A stretch of 64,000 nucleotides of DNA from Hyaloraphidium curvatum SAG 235-1 (Eukaryota > Fungi > Monoblepharomycota), in contig JAIVFI010000003.1 in the NCBI GenBank assembly GCA_025558095.1, forward strand, positions 806,001 through 870,000, written 5' to 3'. Below the pieces are notes generated by a model that was not told the DNA's origin, made no database searches, and saw only the letters and a program-made list of their open reading frames with translations. Of this stretch, positions 11,638 to 26,405 are shown one piece after another. Position numbers and translations under genes: made by a program. How positions within the stretch are numbered: position 1 is the stretch's first letter; each line of letters begins with the position of its first letter.

Positions 11638-11918
11638 GCTGGCGGCCGCTGAACGCGAGCGTTAGGGGCGGCCTTTTTTGTTTTGACGATGCCGAGGAAC
11701 GACAGGGGTGCTTCTCCTCCAGCACAACTCCGCCGATCAGCTGGCATACCCGACGTCTATTGCTCGCAGCCATGGTATAGCACACTTCCATGCCGCACGG
11801 TCTCTGATCCCGGGCCCGAATGGCAGAACCTTTCCTACACTGATCCTTTACTTCTTCGACAGAGCTGGGGTTGTGTGACCGGCGTTAGCATACGCGACTC
11901 AAGAGTGATCCTCGCGCT

Positions 11919-12814
11919 CTACAAACCCTTCTTGCGCTGGCCTGTGAAGCAAAAGGTGTGATCAGAAGAGCCATTGGAGTGATCACTGGCGGAACCTACC
12001 CATCATGTAAGTGTAGAGCTGGAGGAAGACTGTATCGCGACACGTGGCCCAGGTCAGGCAAAATTCCAGAAGTCGGACATGTCGCGCTCACCGGGCGGGT
12101 AGATCGCCAGGAGGAAGATGTCGAAGAGGTAGAGGAGGGTCGAGTACTTCTTGGCGTACGGCAGGCTCTTGAAGAGCAGGACCATCTCCGAGCCGGCACC
12201 CAGGGGGTAGAGGAAGTAGAAGAAAGTGTAGCGCATCCAGTTCAGGAACGCCGGGACGCCGCCGAGGAGGCCCGCCGCGTAGAACGAGTACCGGACGACC
12301 TCGGTGATCGACCACGCGACGGTCATCGTGGTGTATGGCAGGATGTTGACGACCTGGAGCAGGTCAGCACGGCCGGTTGTGGCAACGGGCGGCGACACGC
12401 ACGTCGGGGTACGGGAAGAGGTGCATGACGCCCCAGACCAGCATGATGCGGCTGAAAACCTGGGTCGCGGTGGTCCCGACGGGCGACCTCACGAAACCCA
12501 CGGCGGAGTGGACGATCTCCAGCAGGGCGCCGGTCTGCACCCATTTGGTCAGCTCGCCGGTCTGAGCGTACACGTCCGCGGGGCTGCCGCCGTTGGCGTA
12601 GTGCCGGACGGTCTTGACGAGGACGTAGCCCCAGCCCAGGAACGAGGCGACATTGTACGCGACCAGGTACGCGTTGACGGCGGGCGAGCCTAGATGCGAG
12701 GCGAACGGGCCGGGAGGTGGCGCAAGTCGCCCATCGAGCGCGGGAATCAATCAGACTTTGGGCCCGCGGCGGAGAGCTTTGACGGCGCCTGCCTTTCTTC
12801 TGCGTCGCCGCCAT
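11919..12814 (-). CDS. PHS1: Very-long-chain 3-hydroxyacyl-CoA dehydratase (PTPLA/HACD family), multi-exon
   Basis: YLVAYN, QTGALLEIVHSAVGFVRSP, QVFSR, AWSITEVVRYSFY, WMRYTFFYFLYPLG..SE; last exons give LYTYMMGQRKKGL* (stop ends at 11919); first donor ambiguous. Confidence 0.9.
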
Positions 12815-12927
12815 CCTGCCTTCGCGGTGCACGGTCGCGCTGGGCGGGAGTTGTCGGAGTCGCCGCCGCCCCAACAGCAGAGGAAATCCCCCCAACAAGT
12901 CAACGCGGGCATAGCCGCTCCTCCGCG

Positions 12928-13536
12928 ATGCCCGTGTCACCCGGCAACCCGTGCCCCTTTCTCCGCGCGCTCGTCGAACAAGGCCTGGCGGAGGACGGCG
13001 CGAACCTGGTCTCGAAGCTCTCTGCGACCATATCCGGGCTCTCTGGGCCCGCCGGCGCCGAATCGCACATTGATGAGCGCCCCATAGCCGCCATCGCGGT
13101 CGTGGCGAACGGGTTGGGGCCGACGACGATTTACCGTTCATATTTCTACGGTGTGCGCCTGGATCAGCTCAGAGATGGCCCGTTGGACAAGCACGGAGTT
13201 GGATCCGGGATTCTTGACTCCAGTGGCCGAGTTGTCGACGAGCAGTTGGCACGCTTGGACGAATATGCTCGGACGGTGAAGGATCCAGAGACAGGATCTG
13301 AAGAACGCGGGTTGACGAGCAACGATTTGGTCAAGTACATGGATGCCAACTACGAGAGGTCGAAGGACAGGGCGAGATTCGTTGACAGGAGGCTGATGAA
13401 TGGCGAGTGGCCGGTGCTCCTGAAGCTGATGGGACGCGGCGAAGACCAGGACAAGTACCTGTCGGTCGCCGAGGTACGGACTCTCTTCGTGGAACGGAAG
13501 CTGCCGGAGCGCGTGATGCACAGGCTTGCAAAGTAG
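12928..13536 (+). CDS. Intronless 202-aa protein with heme-thiolate-like PCP motif and caleosin/peroxygenase-like C-terminal half
   Basis: NPCPFLRALV; DKHGVGSGILDSSGR..YARTV; GEWPVLLKLM..YLSVAEVRTLF. Confidence 0.7.
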   Translation: MPVSPGNPCPFLRALVEQGLAEDGANLVSKLSATISGLSGPAGAESHIDERPIAAIAVVANGLGPTTIYRSYFYGVRLDQLRDGPLDKHGVGSGILDSSGRVVDEQLARLDEYARTVKDPETGSEERGLTSNDLVKYMDANYERSKDRARFVDRRLMNGEWPVLLKLMGRGEDQDKYLSVAEVRTLFVERKLPERVMHRLAK

Positions 13537-13599
13537 CCTGAGGGGACTTTGGTTGGCACGCTTTCTCTATCTTTTTGGTGTGCGCAGTTTCGTCGTGGA

Positions 13600-15823
13600 T
13601 TACAGGGTTGATTTTGCTGGCGGTGCCTCTCCCCGTGCCGCAGCCAAGAACTTTTCCATCGTCCTCTTCGTCCCCGTGCCCAAAGACAACGCCACGCTCT
13701 CGTACTCTTCTCGGGTCACCCTGCCATCCTTGTCAGCGTCCGCGACACCCAACATGCCGTCAACCACCGAAGCAATCGAGATTTGCTGCTCTTCTGACCA
13801 TTCCTCTGGAAGCCAGATTGTAAGCGTCCATGGTAGTATAAGAGGAAAGCATTACCCACGTTCATTCCGAGACTGGTCTGGAGAGTACTTTCCACACAGC
13901 ACGTCGCAATATGCATTTCGTAGCTCCGGAAGCGATATCGACCCCGATTTGTCGACATCGAGCTGGTCAAAGGAAGGAAGGAGCCTCCACCAGAAGCCGG
14001 CAAAAAACTCGGCGATGAGCTGCTTGCCCAGCCGTGTCTGATCTGCGGTGTCGTCGTACTCTTGCGGGTGTGCATCTTTCCAGTCCGCAAGCGGCTTGAC
14101 GCCATCCATCCCGCGCAACAGTCCATCCAAGACCCCGACCCTGTATTTCTCCGCCGGATCAAACTTCTTCCCGTTTACCTCGAGGATCTCAAGGCGGTCC
14201 GGATCCATCTCGGTCCCTGGCACAAAGACGATCCCGTCGTCGGCATGCAAGAGTCCCTTGTTCCATTTTCCGGGGTCCGCCTTGCTCAGGATCCGCGAGA
14301 ACCGAAGTGCGGCGACTAGTTCAGAGCCATTCATTGGAATCGGTTGGATGGGGGTCGGGAACTGGAGGAGACCGGCGATGTCGGCATTGCGAAGCTGTGT
14401 TGTTGCGATTTGAAAGGGAGGAAACGATGGTCAGGCGGGCCGGCCGTAGAACAAGGCAGCAGACGGTACTCACGGGGATCTCATCCGCAGCGCCGCCTTG
14501 AACAGGGTCAAACGATTTGAGCAGCCTGACCGCACCTGCGTTCAGCAGAACCGCATCAACACCCAAGGCGTCTTTCATGATCGAGCATAGCATCGTATGC
14601 AAGGTGCATAGCTTCTGCATGCCACCCTCAGAACTGAGTGGCAGGTAGGACCGCGGAATTTTGTAGGCCAAGACGGTGCGACCAAGAGCGTTGACTTTGA
14701 CCATTAGCTTCGTGCACAGATCGAGGATCTCGGGGTCCTTGGGCCAGTTGTCGACGAGCACCTTCCGGTACTTGATTGAGGTCGGGATCCGGAAGCCTTT
14801 GGCTTGGTCGGATGGTTCCCAGACGAGATCTACGATCATCTGGGATCACAGCGATTAGGATTCTCCCTCGGCACCATGGACGAAGCAACGCACCGCAAAC
14901 TTGGCGTCGTATCCGCCCTTGACAACTACCCTCGACGGACTCCGGACGACGCCTGCTTCGAGCGGAATCCCCTTCTTGTCCCACCGATCCGGAAACTCGG
15001 CGTGAACCAAACCGCCCTTCCCGTCCGATTCGACAATGAACACCTCGTGCTCATGGCCCGCCAGCACCACCGGGAAGCGTGCTTCGTCCCCTGTGATCAT
15101 TTCCGAGTCCTGCGCAAGCGCCTGATGGGTCATTGGCAAAATCAAGTTGGCAGTCGCTTCCCGATCAACCAGTTTCTCGTGGTAAGACCTAGCAGCGGCA
15201 AGGCACGGCACCGCCGCCGCCACGCAGGCTTTCGGAAAGCCCGAAACGTCCTCCATGCCAGGCAGGATGGCACACAGTCCTAGCAACCCGACGGTCACAT
15301 CCCCGGCCTCCACAAACGCATACTGGGGTGTCCGTTCCCGTGCCAGAGTAACATGCGGGAGCTCCCCCGGGGTCACCGGCGGCACCAGCCCCGGGAGGTT
15401 CGAGTTGATTACGGGGAACGAGCATTCTGCGATTCGCCGAAGTAGTTGGTCGTGCGGGACGTCGCTCTCGTGGTTTCCAAGGCATGCAAAGTCGATTCCA
15501 ACGGCATTCAGGGCCTTGATCATCCCGGAACCCTTGTCCATGGCCGACAAGGCACTGGGAGAGACAAAGTCCCCGGCGAGGGTTGCGATGACCGTGTCCG
15601 GTCCATCGGGCTTGCCGATGCTTGCTTTTTCCTCCCGGATCAGCGTTGCGAGGCTGGGGAAGTGGTCAAATTCGTACACATCTGTCAAGTGAAAACGGGT
15701 CGCAGTTGGCGGGTACGCGATGAGCGACGAAAGTCAGCCATAGAGCTTTGCGGGCTCTGCCAGAGCGCGATAGGCACCGTTGATGGCCACGACCCGGAGA
15801 TGGGAGCGCCTGGGGGTCGACAT
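13600..15823 (-). CDS. Second 5'-nucleotidase/metallophosphoesterase with two C-terminal EF-hands, multi-exon
   Basis: LRVVAIN|DVYE, LAGDFVSPS, GNHESD, MTHQ, AGHEH, LNAGAVR; EF loops DVDKSGSISLPE and, in the last exon, DADKDGRVTREE; stop ends at 13600. Confidence 0.85.
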
Positions 15824-16536
15824 GACTCCGATAACGACCGCAACGGCAGGGTAGACGAAGCCCTGCGACAGTCGCCGCAGGTCCGGCGCTCTGGCTGAGC
15901 TGAGTAGTGGCTCGGAAGGTGCCAACGAGCCACGTTCGCCGGCGAGTCAGCAAGGGACGCGGAAAGGGCGGGCGGGTGGCGGGTAAGCGCCACACCACTG
16001 GATTCGTGCCTATTGCCGCTCATGGGCATGCTCATACCTATATGGATTGCTCTAGCTCACTAGTCCTCCGATCTTCCTCTTGGCGGCCTGGAGCCGTGAG
16101 GTTTGCCGTCGCCGAGCATTATAACCGATCACTCTATATTGCAGAAGCAAGACGTACAAGACGTAGTACGTAGTCAGCCGTCCACGGTGATTGAAAAGCG
16201 GAGCCGAAGTGGCGATTCGACGGACATGGCCGTGCTGCGGACGCCGTTGAGTACTTCAAGCCCCGCCCGATCCGTCGTCCCGGGATTCCCACCACCCACC
16301 GAAGGGCGGCGAATGGCACCGGGTCAGATCGCTGGCCATGCTATTGCACAACAGCATGGCCGAACGTGGCATGAGTCTCGGGCGTGGAGGGTGCATGGTA
16401 TGAGCGCCCCAAGCGCGCCGCGGGCGCGCCCACCCCAGCCCGCCGCTTCCATTTTCATTTTCTCCCTTCATTCGATACACTCCGTGGTGCCCGCCCCCAC
16501 TCCTCTCCACCCGCATTTAGCACGACCGTGAACACA

Positions 16537-18348
<1,812 letters not shown>

Positions 18349-18637
18349 TCGCCTCGCGCTGCGCGCGTCGCTCTCGCGGCTGAGCTTCGCACCTGCGTCC
18401 GAATCGATTCGCAATACCCCTAGCCCGCCGACGGATGGCGGGCCTCGGCAGCGGCGAGATCGGCCCGGAGCCGGGTGCCGGAGAATATCCCGATGACTAG
18501 AGTTTATACTTGTCGGCTTGGTTCCGAATACATGATGAAACGAGACCTGACTTGATCGAGGAGTGATTAGGACGAGGTTTCGCGAGTTTTTCATACCCCG
18601 AATCGCGCGATACCCCTGGCTTTCCGCGGCCCCGGCT

Positions 18638-21600
18638 ATGGAAACTGCCGCGGAGAACGATGCGTCGCTTGACGAAGCCCCGAGCCTGGGTCCGGACGCG
18701 TCTGTGGCGGACACGCACGATTCCGGCGACGGACACGAGCATAACGCGGCGGCCTTCTTCGAGGAGGCAGATGAGGCCGAAGGCCTTATTCGCGGTCTGG
18801 TAGAGAAGCTGCGCGAAGGCTCTGGTCCGCGAGCGGGACCGGACGCGTATTGTCGCGTCGACCGGGACGCGGCCGCCGAAAGCTCCGAGAACCCCTGGTG
18901 CCGGACAACGCCCGAGGAGGAAGCGGCCTGCGTCCGAATCAAGCGCATCGTAAGCATCTTGGTACCGGGTCTATGTCTTGGAATTACATGCTGACTTGCC
19001 GGGTCGCCAGTTCTTGAAGTATCAGGAGCAGCCCCACCTCCTGGATCCGTTCCTCAGCCGAATGATAACGCCAACCGTCACGTGCCTCCGCGATGTTATC
19101 TTGGAAGCCTATGAAATGGACGTTTCCAACTCGGACTCGGGGGAGGTCTCTGGATGGCCCCAGATGACGGCGCTCGTCGAGAATGCTCGGGTGCACCAAC
19201 TGCTCGAGGTTCTCTACGGCATTTGTTCCGTTCGTGGCAGCAAGACTACAGGTGGGCTCTGGAAGGCACGTTCTCGTCCTGGCGGCGACTAATGGGTGCC
19301 AGTGCGCCTCTTCACCAACTCGCCGGCGGAGCTGACGCCGCTCCTTGCGTTTCTATCGCTGATACCCCGGCCTTCGGTCGACTATCGACCCTGGGCCAGC
19401 CGTTTCGTCGTCTTGCTCTGGCTCAGCCTGGTCGTCATGGTCCCGTTTGACCTGCGAACGATCGATTCGTCTGCCGCGCTGACCGTTGAGGGAGATGAAG
19501 GCAGGCCTGGGCTCCTCCGCCAGATCATAGAGAGCTGCAAGAACATGTTTGCCCAGGCCACGGGCAAGGATGGGGAAGCCGCGGGGATCTTGCTTGCGCG
19601 ACTGCTAGGCAGGAGCGACGCTCTGGAGGACGACGAACTCAACGCTTTCCTCTCGTGGGCGGCGCGAGACGTTTTCGGCCCGAACCATGAACCCGATACG
19701 GCAAATGTGCATTTGGTGAGTGCCGTTCTTCGGTCTCGCGCCTTGTGTGACCGTTTTTGGCAGGCCAAGAACACACTCTACGCCCTGTGCCTCCTCCTCA
19801 AATACTCTCTCCGATCCCACCTTCTTCCTTGTCTGGATGCGCTATCGTCCGTATTGTTCACCATGGTCCCGAACGAAGAGGAAACGACTGGATCCTCCAA
19901 GACCGGCGGTGCGCTGCGGACCCAGGTTCTTCAGAAACTCCTAGTCAAGTACGCAGGCCGACTGGGCGAACTCTTGATGCCGCCGCGGAACAGAGATCTT
20001 CCGAGATCAGGCATCACGGCTCTGCAGGACAATCTTCGCGGCAACTCGCAAAGCACCTGCAGAGAAGGCGCTCGACCGGATCCCCATGCCGCTGACAACG
20101 ATGGAGATGAATCGGACGTCCCAGAAGCCATGGAACCGCTGCTGTCTTTCCTGCTCTCGGAGCTATCCGCACCCTCTTCGGCGGTACGGTGGGTTGCCGC
20201 CAAGGCTCTGAGCCGTATTTGCAGCCGGCTGCCAAGGGCTTTTGCGGCCGAAGTGGTGGAGGCCGCGATCGGCGGTTTTTCCGAGAATGTGCTGCCGAAT
20301 GGAGCTTCTCCAGACGCCGCCGATCTGTCTCAATGCTCGGACGCTACTTGGCATGGCACCTTGCTCCTGCTCGCTGCATTGATCCGGGCGCACGCGCTCT
20401 CTCGCCCTCTGATCTCGGCCTGCGTGCCGTGGGTGCTGCGTGCACTGACTTTTGACCACAAAAGGGGCTCCCAGATTATGGGAATCGGCGTCAGGGACGC
20501 AGCATGCTACGTGCTATGGGCGCTTGCGCGGTCGAATCCGGGCGACATTGAACGTTTGGATACGCAGAGCATTGGGCGGCACCTAGTGTGCACCGCCATG
20601 TTCGATCGCGAAGTGAACGTACGCCGAGCTGCGAGCGCAGCCTTCCAAGAGGGAGTTGGGCGTTTTCGAGACGACCAGCGGTATTCGAACGGCATCGATG
20701 TCTTGCGGGCGCTCGACTTTTGGACAATTGGCAACGTTCGCAAATGCTACAGAACAGTTGCCGTTGCGGTCGCAGCTCATGAGGCTTACCTTCCCGCTAT
20801 TCTGGCCCACTTGACAAAGCACTGCATCGGGCACTGGGACATCCAACTGCGCATTCTTGCTAGCTTGGCTTTGGAGGGACTCGCCGAGACGAGCCTTGCA
20901 CCGGTGATTGACTATTCATGGACGATGCTAATCGATCGCACCAAGGACCTCGACAGTGCGAAAGTGCACGGCGCGGTGCTCGCCGTTGCGGAGCTGTGTC
21001 TCGCCGCAGGAAAGAGTGCCTCACCTGCTGGAGCTGAAAAGCTGGATTTACTCGAATCTTGCCGCGCAACGACCATTGTTTCGCAGGCGGCAACGATCCT
21101 CGGCGGCGCTCGCATGGCGATCCTGGAGCAGGCGACGCCGACTTCCGACATGCTCCTCGCAGCATACGTTCGCCTGGTTGAATGTCTATCGCTTTCCCGT
21201 GCATCCCTTGATGGCAATGGCGTTGCCGCTGCCTTTTGCATACTGGAACTCGCTCTCTCGCGCAAACTCGAATCGCTACAGCGCAGCGCAGCTCGGGCGT
21301 ATGGAGCACTCGTGTATCTGGTTCCGGAAACCCTGGATCGCACCCGCGTGGATGAGCTCCTTCGCGGCGTTGTGCCAACAGAGGATGCGGCTGGTCTGAG
21401 TTTCTTCCGTCGTCGCGGTTGCGCGATGGTTCTGGGTCAACTGCCGTCTGCGCATGTGTTGGTATCCGCGGTAGCGATATCCCGCTCGCTCAGACTCGGA
21501 ATGCAAAAGGCCCCGTCCAAGCGAGGAAGCCGCACCGTCTACATCAGGAGCACTGTCACCGGCGAGGCAGAAGCAAAGTGCGAATGTGTTGCTTCGCTGG

Positions 21601-22868
21601 TTCGGACCTGCGTGGTTGTTCTCGAAGCCACGTTTGCCGGAGGCGCACGACCCGAAGACGTAGCTGTGGTTGTCGGCGAGACACTTTCCGCATTGACACG
21701 CGGGATGCTCGACTACTCGGTGGATTCCCGTGGAGATGTCGGCTCATGGGTCCGGGAGGCGTCCATGAGAGGCTTTGGGACCTTGCTGCCTGCTTTGCTC
21801 CTCGTACACTCCCAGGCCCCCATCAGCAGCTTTGAGGACTACAAGGTGACGGACATCTTTGGAGGTATTCTCCAACAAAGTGTGGAGAAGATCGACCGCG
21901 TGCGCACTTGTGCTGGCTCGACGTTGCGCGCCTTGCTGTCGGAGCGCCGCTGCTTGAATGCCATTGAGGATGCCGAGGCGCTGAAGGATGTCCTTCTCGC
22001 GGAACCTGGCGTGCGGTGGAACTACGCTTCCGATGTCTTCCCTCGGCTAATGCCGCTTCTCCACCTACGCCCATACCGGGGTTCCATCCTGCGGGGCATC
22101 GTAACCAGCATCGGTGGGATGACGGACAGCCTGGTGAAGAGCGCGAGCGCTGGCCTGGTCGGCTTTCTAGAAACTCTCGACGTCTTTCAGGACGGTTACG
22201 GAACTGCGGCAGCGGGGGCAACGCTCACAGAGATACTCGCGGATCTGCTTTCCATGATCAGGACATCAGCGACGCTGGAACGCATTGTCATCGCTCTTCT
22301 GCAGACCTACCATGTGCTTCTTTCGTCCGGGCTCTTTCGCAAGATTCCGGCCGTTGTGGCAGATCCGCATCACACCGAAGTCTTGCAGTTTGCGGAACGC
22401 GAAGCCAGCAAATCTCGAGATCCCAAGAAGCTCATGGGCTGCGCCACGGTTGCCATTGGGTTTCTCGGGCTCGTTCCCGTTGGCCGCGGAGTTGGTGCCA
22501 AGGAGCCTGTCGGGCACTGGACGCAGCTGGCGATCGACCTGTGCTTGCGGTTTCTCCTGCATCCCTTTCCTCGAGTTCGAAAGCATGCAGCTGAGCAGTT
22601 GTATCTCGTACTGAGCGCCCGCGATCTTGAGCTCCAGCTTGGCGAGGAGGACGTGGAGATGTTGCTGTCCGACGATGAGACGACCCCGCAGAACGATTCG
22701 GCGAATTCTCAGGGACAGGACCTTGACAGTCGAACGCTGTCGTGCTTTGCGGAAAAGATTGAGCCTTTGCTGCTTGGGACTGATTGGGACTCGGACACGG
22801 ATGTGTTGAGAACGATCGTGGACTGCTCGCTGACCCCGGCGGTCAAGGAGTTCTTGGGTCTGGATTGA
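18638..22868 (+). CDS. TBCD: Tubulin-specific chaperone D (HEAT/ARM repeats), several 5' introns
   Basis: YQEQPHLLDPFL, LLWLSLVVMVPFDL, VRWVAAK, WHGTLLLLA, VRDAACYVLWALAR, FDREVNVRRAASAAFQEGVGR, DYSVDSRGDVGSWVREA, EKIDRVR, HPFPRVR. Confidence 0.95.
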
Positions 22869-22890
22869 AGAGAGAGGCATGGCATTGAGT

Positions 22891-23364
22891 TCAACACAGA
22901 TAGATCCCCTTGTCTGGCAAGACGTTGCTCAAAGTCCGCTCAATGACAAGTGCTCCATACGAACGGGGCGCCACCGCTGGAACAACGTTGCGCCAAACTA
23001 GAAGTCCAATCGCCGTAACGCCCAGGAAAGTACAAGCCCCCATAGCAACGCTGAGCGCAAGGTCGCGGGGCGAGAATCCGCGAGGCTGCTGGGCTGTGGC
23101 CACCGAGTCTGACGCGTTTGCTGCTCTACGCGAGAGTCCATCAGAGTCTGAGGCAGTGTGGGGTGCTCTGCACGCCACGAGCTCGACCATGTCCGCGCAG
23201 CGGTACCGTGGGCCTTCCGTTCCGATGGCATCCATCCGGCAGTGCCGATGTAGAACGGATGGAACGGGTGGCGCAGAATCGCGGGCGCACGACCCTGGCG
23301 CTCCGTCCGCGGGCAATCCATAGAGGGTGAAGAATGTCCAAAGCAGCACGAGAGCCCGTCCCAT
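22891..23364 (-). CDS. Hypothetical small type I membrane protein
   Basis: Signal-peptide-like MGRALVLLWTFFTLYGLPADG, four Cys, hydrophobic segment LALSVAMGACTFLGVTAIGLLVW followed by R; no recognised family. Confidence 0.4.
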   Translation of the reverse strand: MGRALVLLWTFFTLYGLPADGAPGSCARDSAPPVPSVLHRHCRMDAIGTEGPRYRCADMVELVACRAPHTASDSDGLSRRAANASDSVATAQQPRGFSPRDLALSVAMGACTFLGVTAIGLLVWRNVVPAVAPRSYGALVIERTLSNVLPDKGIYLC

Positions 23365-23497
23365 CTGTTTGCGCACGAAGCAGCGAAGCATTCTTCGGTT
23401 CGGGATCGCACAGTCATCGCTTCAACAAGCCACACTGGCAACGACTCTCTCAACACCCCCCTCAGCAAACACCGCGCTGTCTATCCGACGGACCACC

Positions 23498-24649
23498 ATG
23501 CGCTTCACGTCGTTCTGGCTGCTCGTCGCGTGCCTCTTGGCCGCTCTTGGTGAGTCGCCGGCGGCCAGCGGCGACTGCCGGCCGTGCAGCGCGGTCCTGC
23601 TCCAGCGCTGACAACCTCCCGCCGTTGTCGCGGTGCCACACGCTCTGTCTCCAAACCGTACTATGCTATTTTCTCTACACGCGTTGACAACGCAGGCGCC
23701 ACGAACGCGGCCGTGCACCCCCTTCAATTTGCGAGGGCAATCCAGAAACGGCAGGAGCCAACGACGCCGCAAAACCAGTCGCAAACCCTCGGCCAGGTGG
23801 GAATCATCAGTTGAGCGTGCACTGGCGTCGCGTCTGACGCTTTATTCGTGCGTCAGGTGCTCGCGGCGGACGGCAACTACAGCATCTTCAACGAACTTGT
23901 TTCTAACACGACGTTCTTCTCGTTCTTGAATGAAACGCAAGGCAACTACACGGTTGGTTCGCCTTGTCAGGTTCCTTGTGCGGCGCTGATGGCTTTCTTC
24001 TCTCGCAGGTGTTTGCGCCCCGCAACGAAGCTTTCGAAAGGCTTCCGGCACAGTTCCTCGGTGCCCTCAACTCTACCTTTGGAGGACCGCTCGTTGTGGG
24101 CTTGCTTTCCTTCCACATTGTGAACGGCTCGGTGCTGAATTCGACGGATGTGCCTCTCGGCACCACCGAGCTCGCGACCCTGCTCGGCCTCCCGATCAAC
24201 GTCACGAATACTGGCGCCGCGGTATCGATCACGGGCTCGGATCCGACCCAAGTGCTGGCGGTCGTCGTCGATCCCGATCGGAACGCCACCAACGGCGTGA
24301 TCCACGGAATCAATGCTGGTGAGTCCTTAACAGTCATCTGAAGGACGCAGGTCTCGCATATCTAACTGTTCAATCCTCAGTCCTCGACCCCTTGAGAGCG
24401 CTTCGCTCCGCTACCGGGGCACCCACCGCTCCGACAGGCGGCACCGTGGCCACGGTGATCACCGGAACCCCGACAACCGGTACCGTTGGGCCTACCGTGA
24501 TCGGCACATCGGTTCCGACGGCAGGCACAGTCATCACCTCGACGGCCGGCACGATCATCACTGAGCCGACGGCGGGCACGATCATTATTGGCGGAACGAC
24601 CACCCTCGGGCCTTCGGCCACGCCGATAGCTACCATAACGGCGGCGTGA
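23498..24649 (+). CDS. Secreted fasciclin (FAS1) domain protein with Thr-rich tail, multi-exon
   Basis: Signal MRFTSFWLLVACLLAAL; YT|VFAPRNEAF (H1), LLSFHIV, ATNGVIHGINA|VL (H2); many N-glycosylation sequons. Confidence 0.88.
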
Positions 24650-24793
24650 TCGCTTTTGCCTCGCAGTACGCAGTACAAATGTTGTAGCAATATTTTGACT
24701 TTCAAACAAATACTTTCACTTCTCTCGCACGTCGTCGTTCTTGCGGGTTTCCGTGTTCCCGCCTGCATCAGGAATGCTCACTACTTCAGTGGT

Positions 24794-26405
24794 TCATTGC
24801 CATGGTTGCTGAGGGTTTGGAGGTCGGAATGCTTGCGCAGGGTAAAAGTGAGGCTGCGCTTGAGGACTCGACGGCTGCTGTTGATTCAGATAAACCGCCG
24901 GTAGGTTAGTTCGCCTGAAAAATGCGAGTAATGTAGACCGGTTCGAATCAAACGTGCGACCGCGCTCACGGTCCGAAAAGGGTCGCGATCTGTCCATCCT
25001 GGGGCGGTGCTTGCCCCGCACCCTGGCCCCAATCGCGGGCATGGCTTGGTGGCGTCATGTTGGGGCGGTAAGGTACGGCACCGTCCTGCACTGCCGGTGA
25101 CTGGCGCTGCACAGGTGTGCCGGCCCTGAAATGGTCGGGATCCTTGCCCCAGCTCGCGGCCATCATCTGTCCTTGAGGAAGGGGAGACTGCATCGGAACG
25201 GCCGCTGGTGGCGCCATTCCGCCTGGCACGGGCATGAATGAGCCCAGGTCCACCATTCCCAGGGGTGTCCATTCCCCGTTCTCTTCGTAGCGTATCAGCA
25301 TGCCCGAGGTCGGAGCAGGTTGTGCATTCGGAGGGCGGTCCATGGCTACGTCGTGCCCGAAATGCGGCTGCGAGCCAAACTGGTGGCTCTGCTGAGCATA
25401 TGCACCAGTGTTCTGAGGCGTCGGAGTGGAACTCTTCATCCCAAATCCTCCTGCGTTCTGGAGCTGGGCCAGGAGCTCCTGGTTCCGGCGGTTTGATTCC
25501 TGCAGCTCCAATTTCAGCGCCCGATTCTCATCCTTGAGATGCTGCAGGTAGTTCAGCAGCTCTGCCTGGGAAGAGAGGTAGCGGGAAGCCGGATCCTGCG
25601 CTTCCGAAGACGCGGGCGGGCGCGGCGGCGAAACTGAAGTAACGTTCCGCCGCGCACCGCCGGTCACGGCAGAGAAGTCCGGAGAAGACTGGTTTGGTGG
25701 CCCCGTCAAGGCATCTCCACCGCGGAAAAATGGAGGCGATACGTCCGGGTTTGGAGGGCGACCGTAGAGCATCGTCGGAGTGGGTTGCGAAGCACTCGAC
25801 ACCGAAGAGGCCGCCACAGGCGAATGGAAGATGCCGTCCGACATGCCGCCACCGAAAGGAGCATTGTACCCGGTTGGCTGCTGAGGCAGCGGAGGATGCT
25901 GTCCGTGCTGGAAAGCGCCCTCCTTGATCGCGGCGTGTTCGTTCTCGATGAAGGTGTTGATGGAAGAAACGGAGAACGACCCTATGGAGTTTGCGGCACT
26001 GGAGCGCCGGTGCCGGCTTCCCAACGGGGGATGGTGGTGGCCGTGGTCGGAACCATGGGGGTCAAGCAAAGCCTGATTGGCTTCGGATCCGTCCGTAGGA
26101 GCCGGAGAACCGGGGTTGTTTTGCACAAAAGGCCCCAGCATTTCGATCGTGACATTGTTGTGCGATCGCGTCTTGGGGACCGTGAAGGCGCGTTAGAGCT
26201 CCGATTCGCAAAAATGATGATGGGCGCAGAAGCTTACCCGTTTGATCGGCTCTTGAGCCTTCCGCGGCTTCGGCTGCTCGATGAACTCCTGATAGCTCAT
26301 GTTCCCGGAGATCGATTTCGGACGAGCTTGCTTGCCCGAGGCTCCGCGAGGTGGCTGCTTTCGACCGGTTCCCTGGTACGGAGCATCGTCGCTCCGCTCG
26401 TCCAT
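24794..26405 (-). CDS. Hypothetical low-complexity protein with central coiled coil, 2 introns
   Basis: Exons joined by canonical GT-AG introns (IKR|TRSHNN; FGP|RTNLPAVY); coiled coil LLNYLQHLKDENRALKLELQESNRRNQELLAQL. Confidence 0.6.

Noticed and set aside
12690-12792. Possible GC-AG first intron in PHS1
   Set aside because: Two in-phase GT donors (gtcaaa, gtctga) lie downstream, so the donor cannot be decided without transcripts
18490-18552. Possible C/D snoRNA (ATGATGA...CTGA)
   Set aside because: Box spacing is too short, the 5' C box is imperfect, and I could identify no rRNA-complementary guide
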